This document shows positions 42,758-42,928 of a DNA stretch of 42,928 nucleotides, in pieces. Numbering within the stretch: position 1 is the first letter of the stretch; the number at the start of each line of letters is the position of its first letter. Below the pieces are notes generated by a model. The model saw only the letters and a list, made by a program, of their open reading frames with translations. It was not told where the DNA came from and did not search any database. This DNA is from Acidobacteriota bacterium (GTDB lineage Bacteria > Acidobacteriota > Terriglobia > UBA7540). A program made the position numbers and the translations under genes. The stretch spans positions 1 to 42,928 of the forward strand of contig QHZK01000009.1 of assembly GCA_003224635.1 (NCBI GenBank). The letters run 5' to 3'.

Positions 42758-42928
42758 ATGCCAGCACGCCGAAAATCGAAGCCAGGGAATCGGAATACGA
42801 GATTCGTGGTTTGGCGAGCGCCGAGTTTCGAGCTTCGGGTTGCTCAGGCGGTAACAGGCGTGGTCGTCCTTCTGTGCTCGACGGGGTGTCTCCATCGCCA
42901 GCACCGTCCCGCAGCTTCGCAACAACCC
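42758..42928 (+). CDS. Possible 5' end of a lipoprotein gene (open to the right window edge)
   Basis: The frame from ATG 42758 stays open to the window end: MPARRKSKPGNRNTRFVVWRAPSFELRVAQAVTGVVVLLCSTGCLHRQ... It has a basic N-region, a hydrophobic core and a lipobox-like STG|C. The SD is weak and the n-region long, so confidence is low. Confidence 0.3.
   Translation, partial: MPARRKSKPGNRNTRFVVWRAPSFELRVAQAVTGVVVLLCSTGCLHRQHRPAASQQP

Noticed and set aside
42847-42855. An ops/JUMPStart-like GGCGGTAAC.
   Set aside because: It has one mismatch to the enterobacterial ops core. It lies outside the polysaccharide locus, on the opposite strand and inside a possible coding region. It also has no known relevance in this type of organism.

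Overview
GC-rich bacterial window dominated by one large surface-polysaccharide locus. Gene content looks like a soil bacterium, possibly Acidobacteriota-like, but that is inference only.

From left to right:
- A partial MscS-type channel gene (minus strand, open at the window edge).
- An intact tRNA-Pro(UGG).
- A frameshifted RHS/YD-repeat remnant.
- A ~1379-aa secreted tail-fibre-like repeat protein (minus).
- A broken methyltransferase gene (plus).
- About 34 kb (7380-41539) of 22 co-directional minus-strand genes forming a Wzx/Wzy-type polysaccharide assembly locus.
- An IS3-like transposase remnant, a decayed copy of the tRNA-Pro 3' half, a 54-codon ORF flanked by heptamer repeats, and a possible lipoprotein gene start at the right edge.

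The locus encodes these functions:
- Wzc-like tyrosine autokinase.
- TPR/beta-sandwich protein.
- Two Wzy_C (O-antigen ligase/polymerase-like) proteins.
- Initiating polyprenyl glycosylphosphotransferase.
- GT26, GT4, GT-B and GT2 glycosyltransferases.
- Wzx flippase.
- Two AsnB-type amidotransferases.
- A bi-domain oxidoreductase.
- A heparinase II/III-like protein.
- A secreted clan GH-A hydrolase.
- Three intact class I methyltransferases.
- A 4,6-dehydratase / DegT aminotransferase / NeuD-PglD acetyltransferase trio.

I see no defence system, CRISPR array, rRNA or intact mobile element.

Observations most worth a second look:
1. The tRNA-Pro and its 47/49-identical direct repeat bracket ~40.8 kb, which is island-like architecture.
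2. Four genes in the locus are frame-disrupted, one by a perfect 10-bp tandem duplication. There is also a second perfect 10-bp duplication on a start codon.
3. A methyltransferase cassette is flanked by ~54-bp direct repeats derived from the 3' end of the GT26 gene.
4. The giant tail-fibre-like protein has an internal 244-aa-offset duplication.
5. No Wza or Wzb partner for Wzc is present.

All functional calls rest on motifs I read in the translations. No database search was run.
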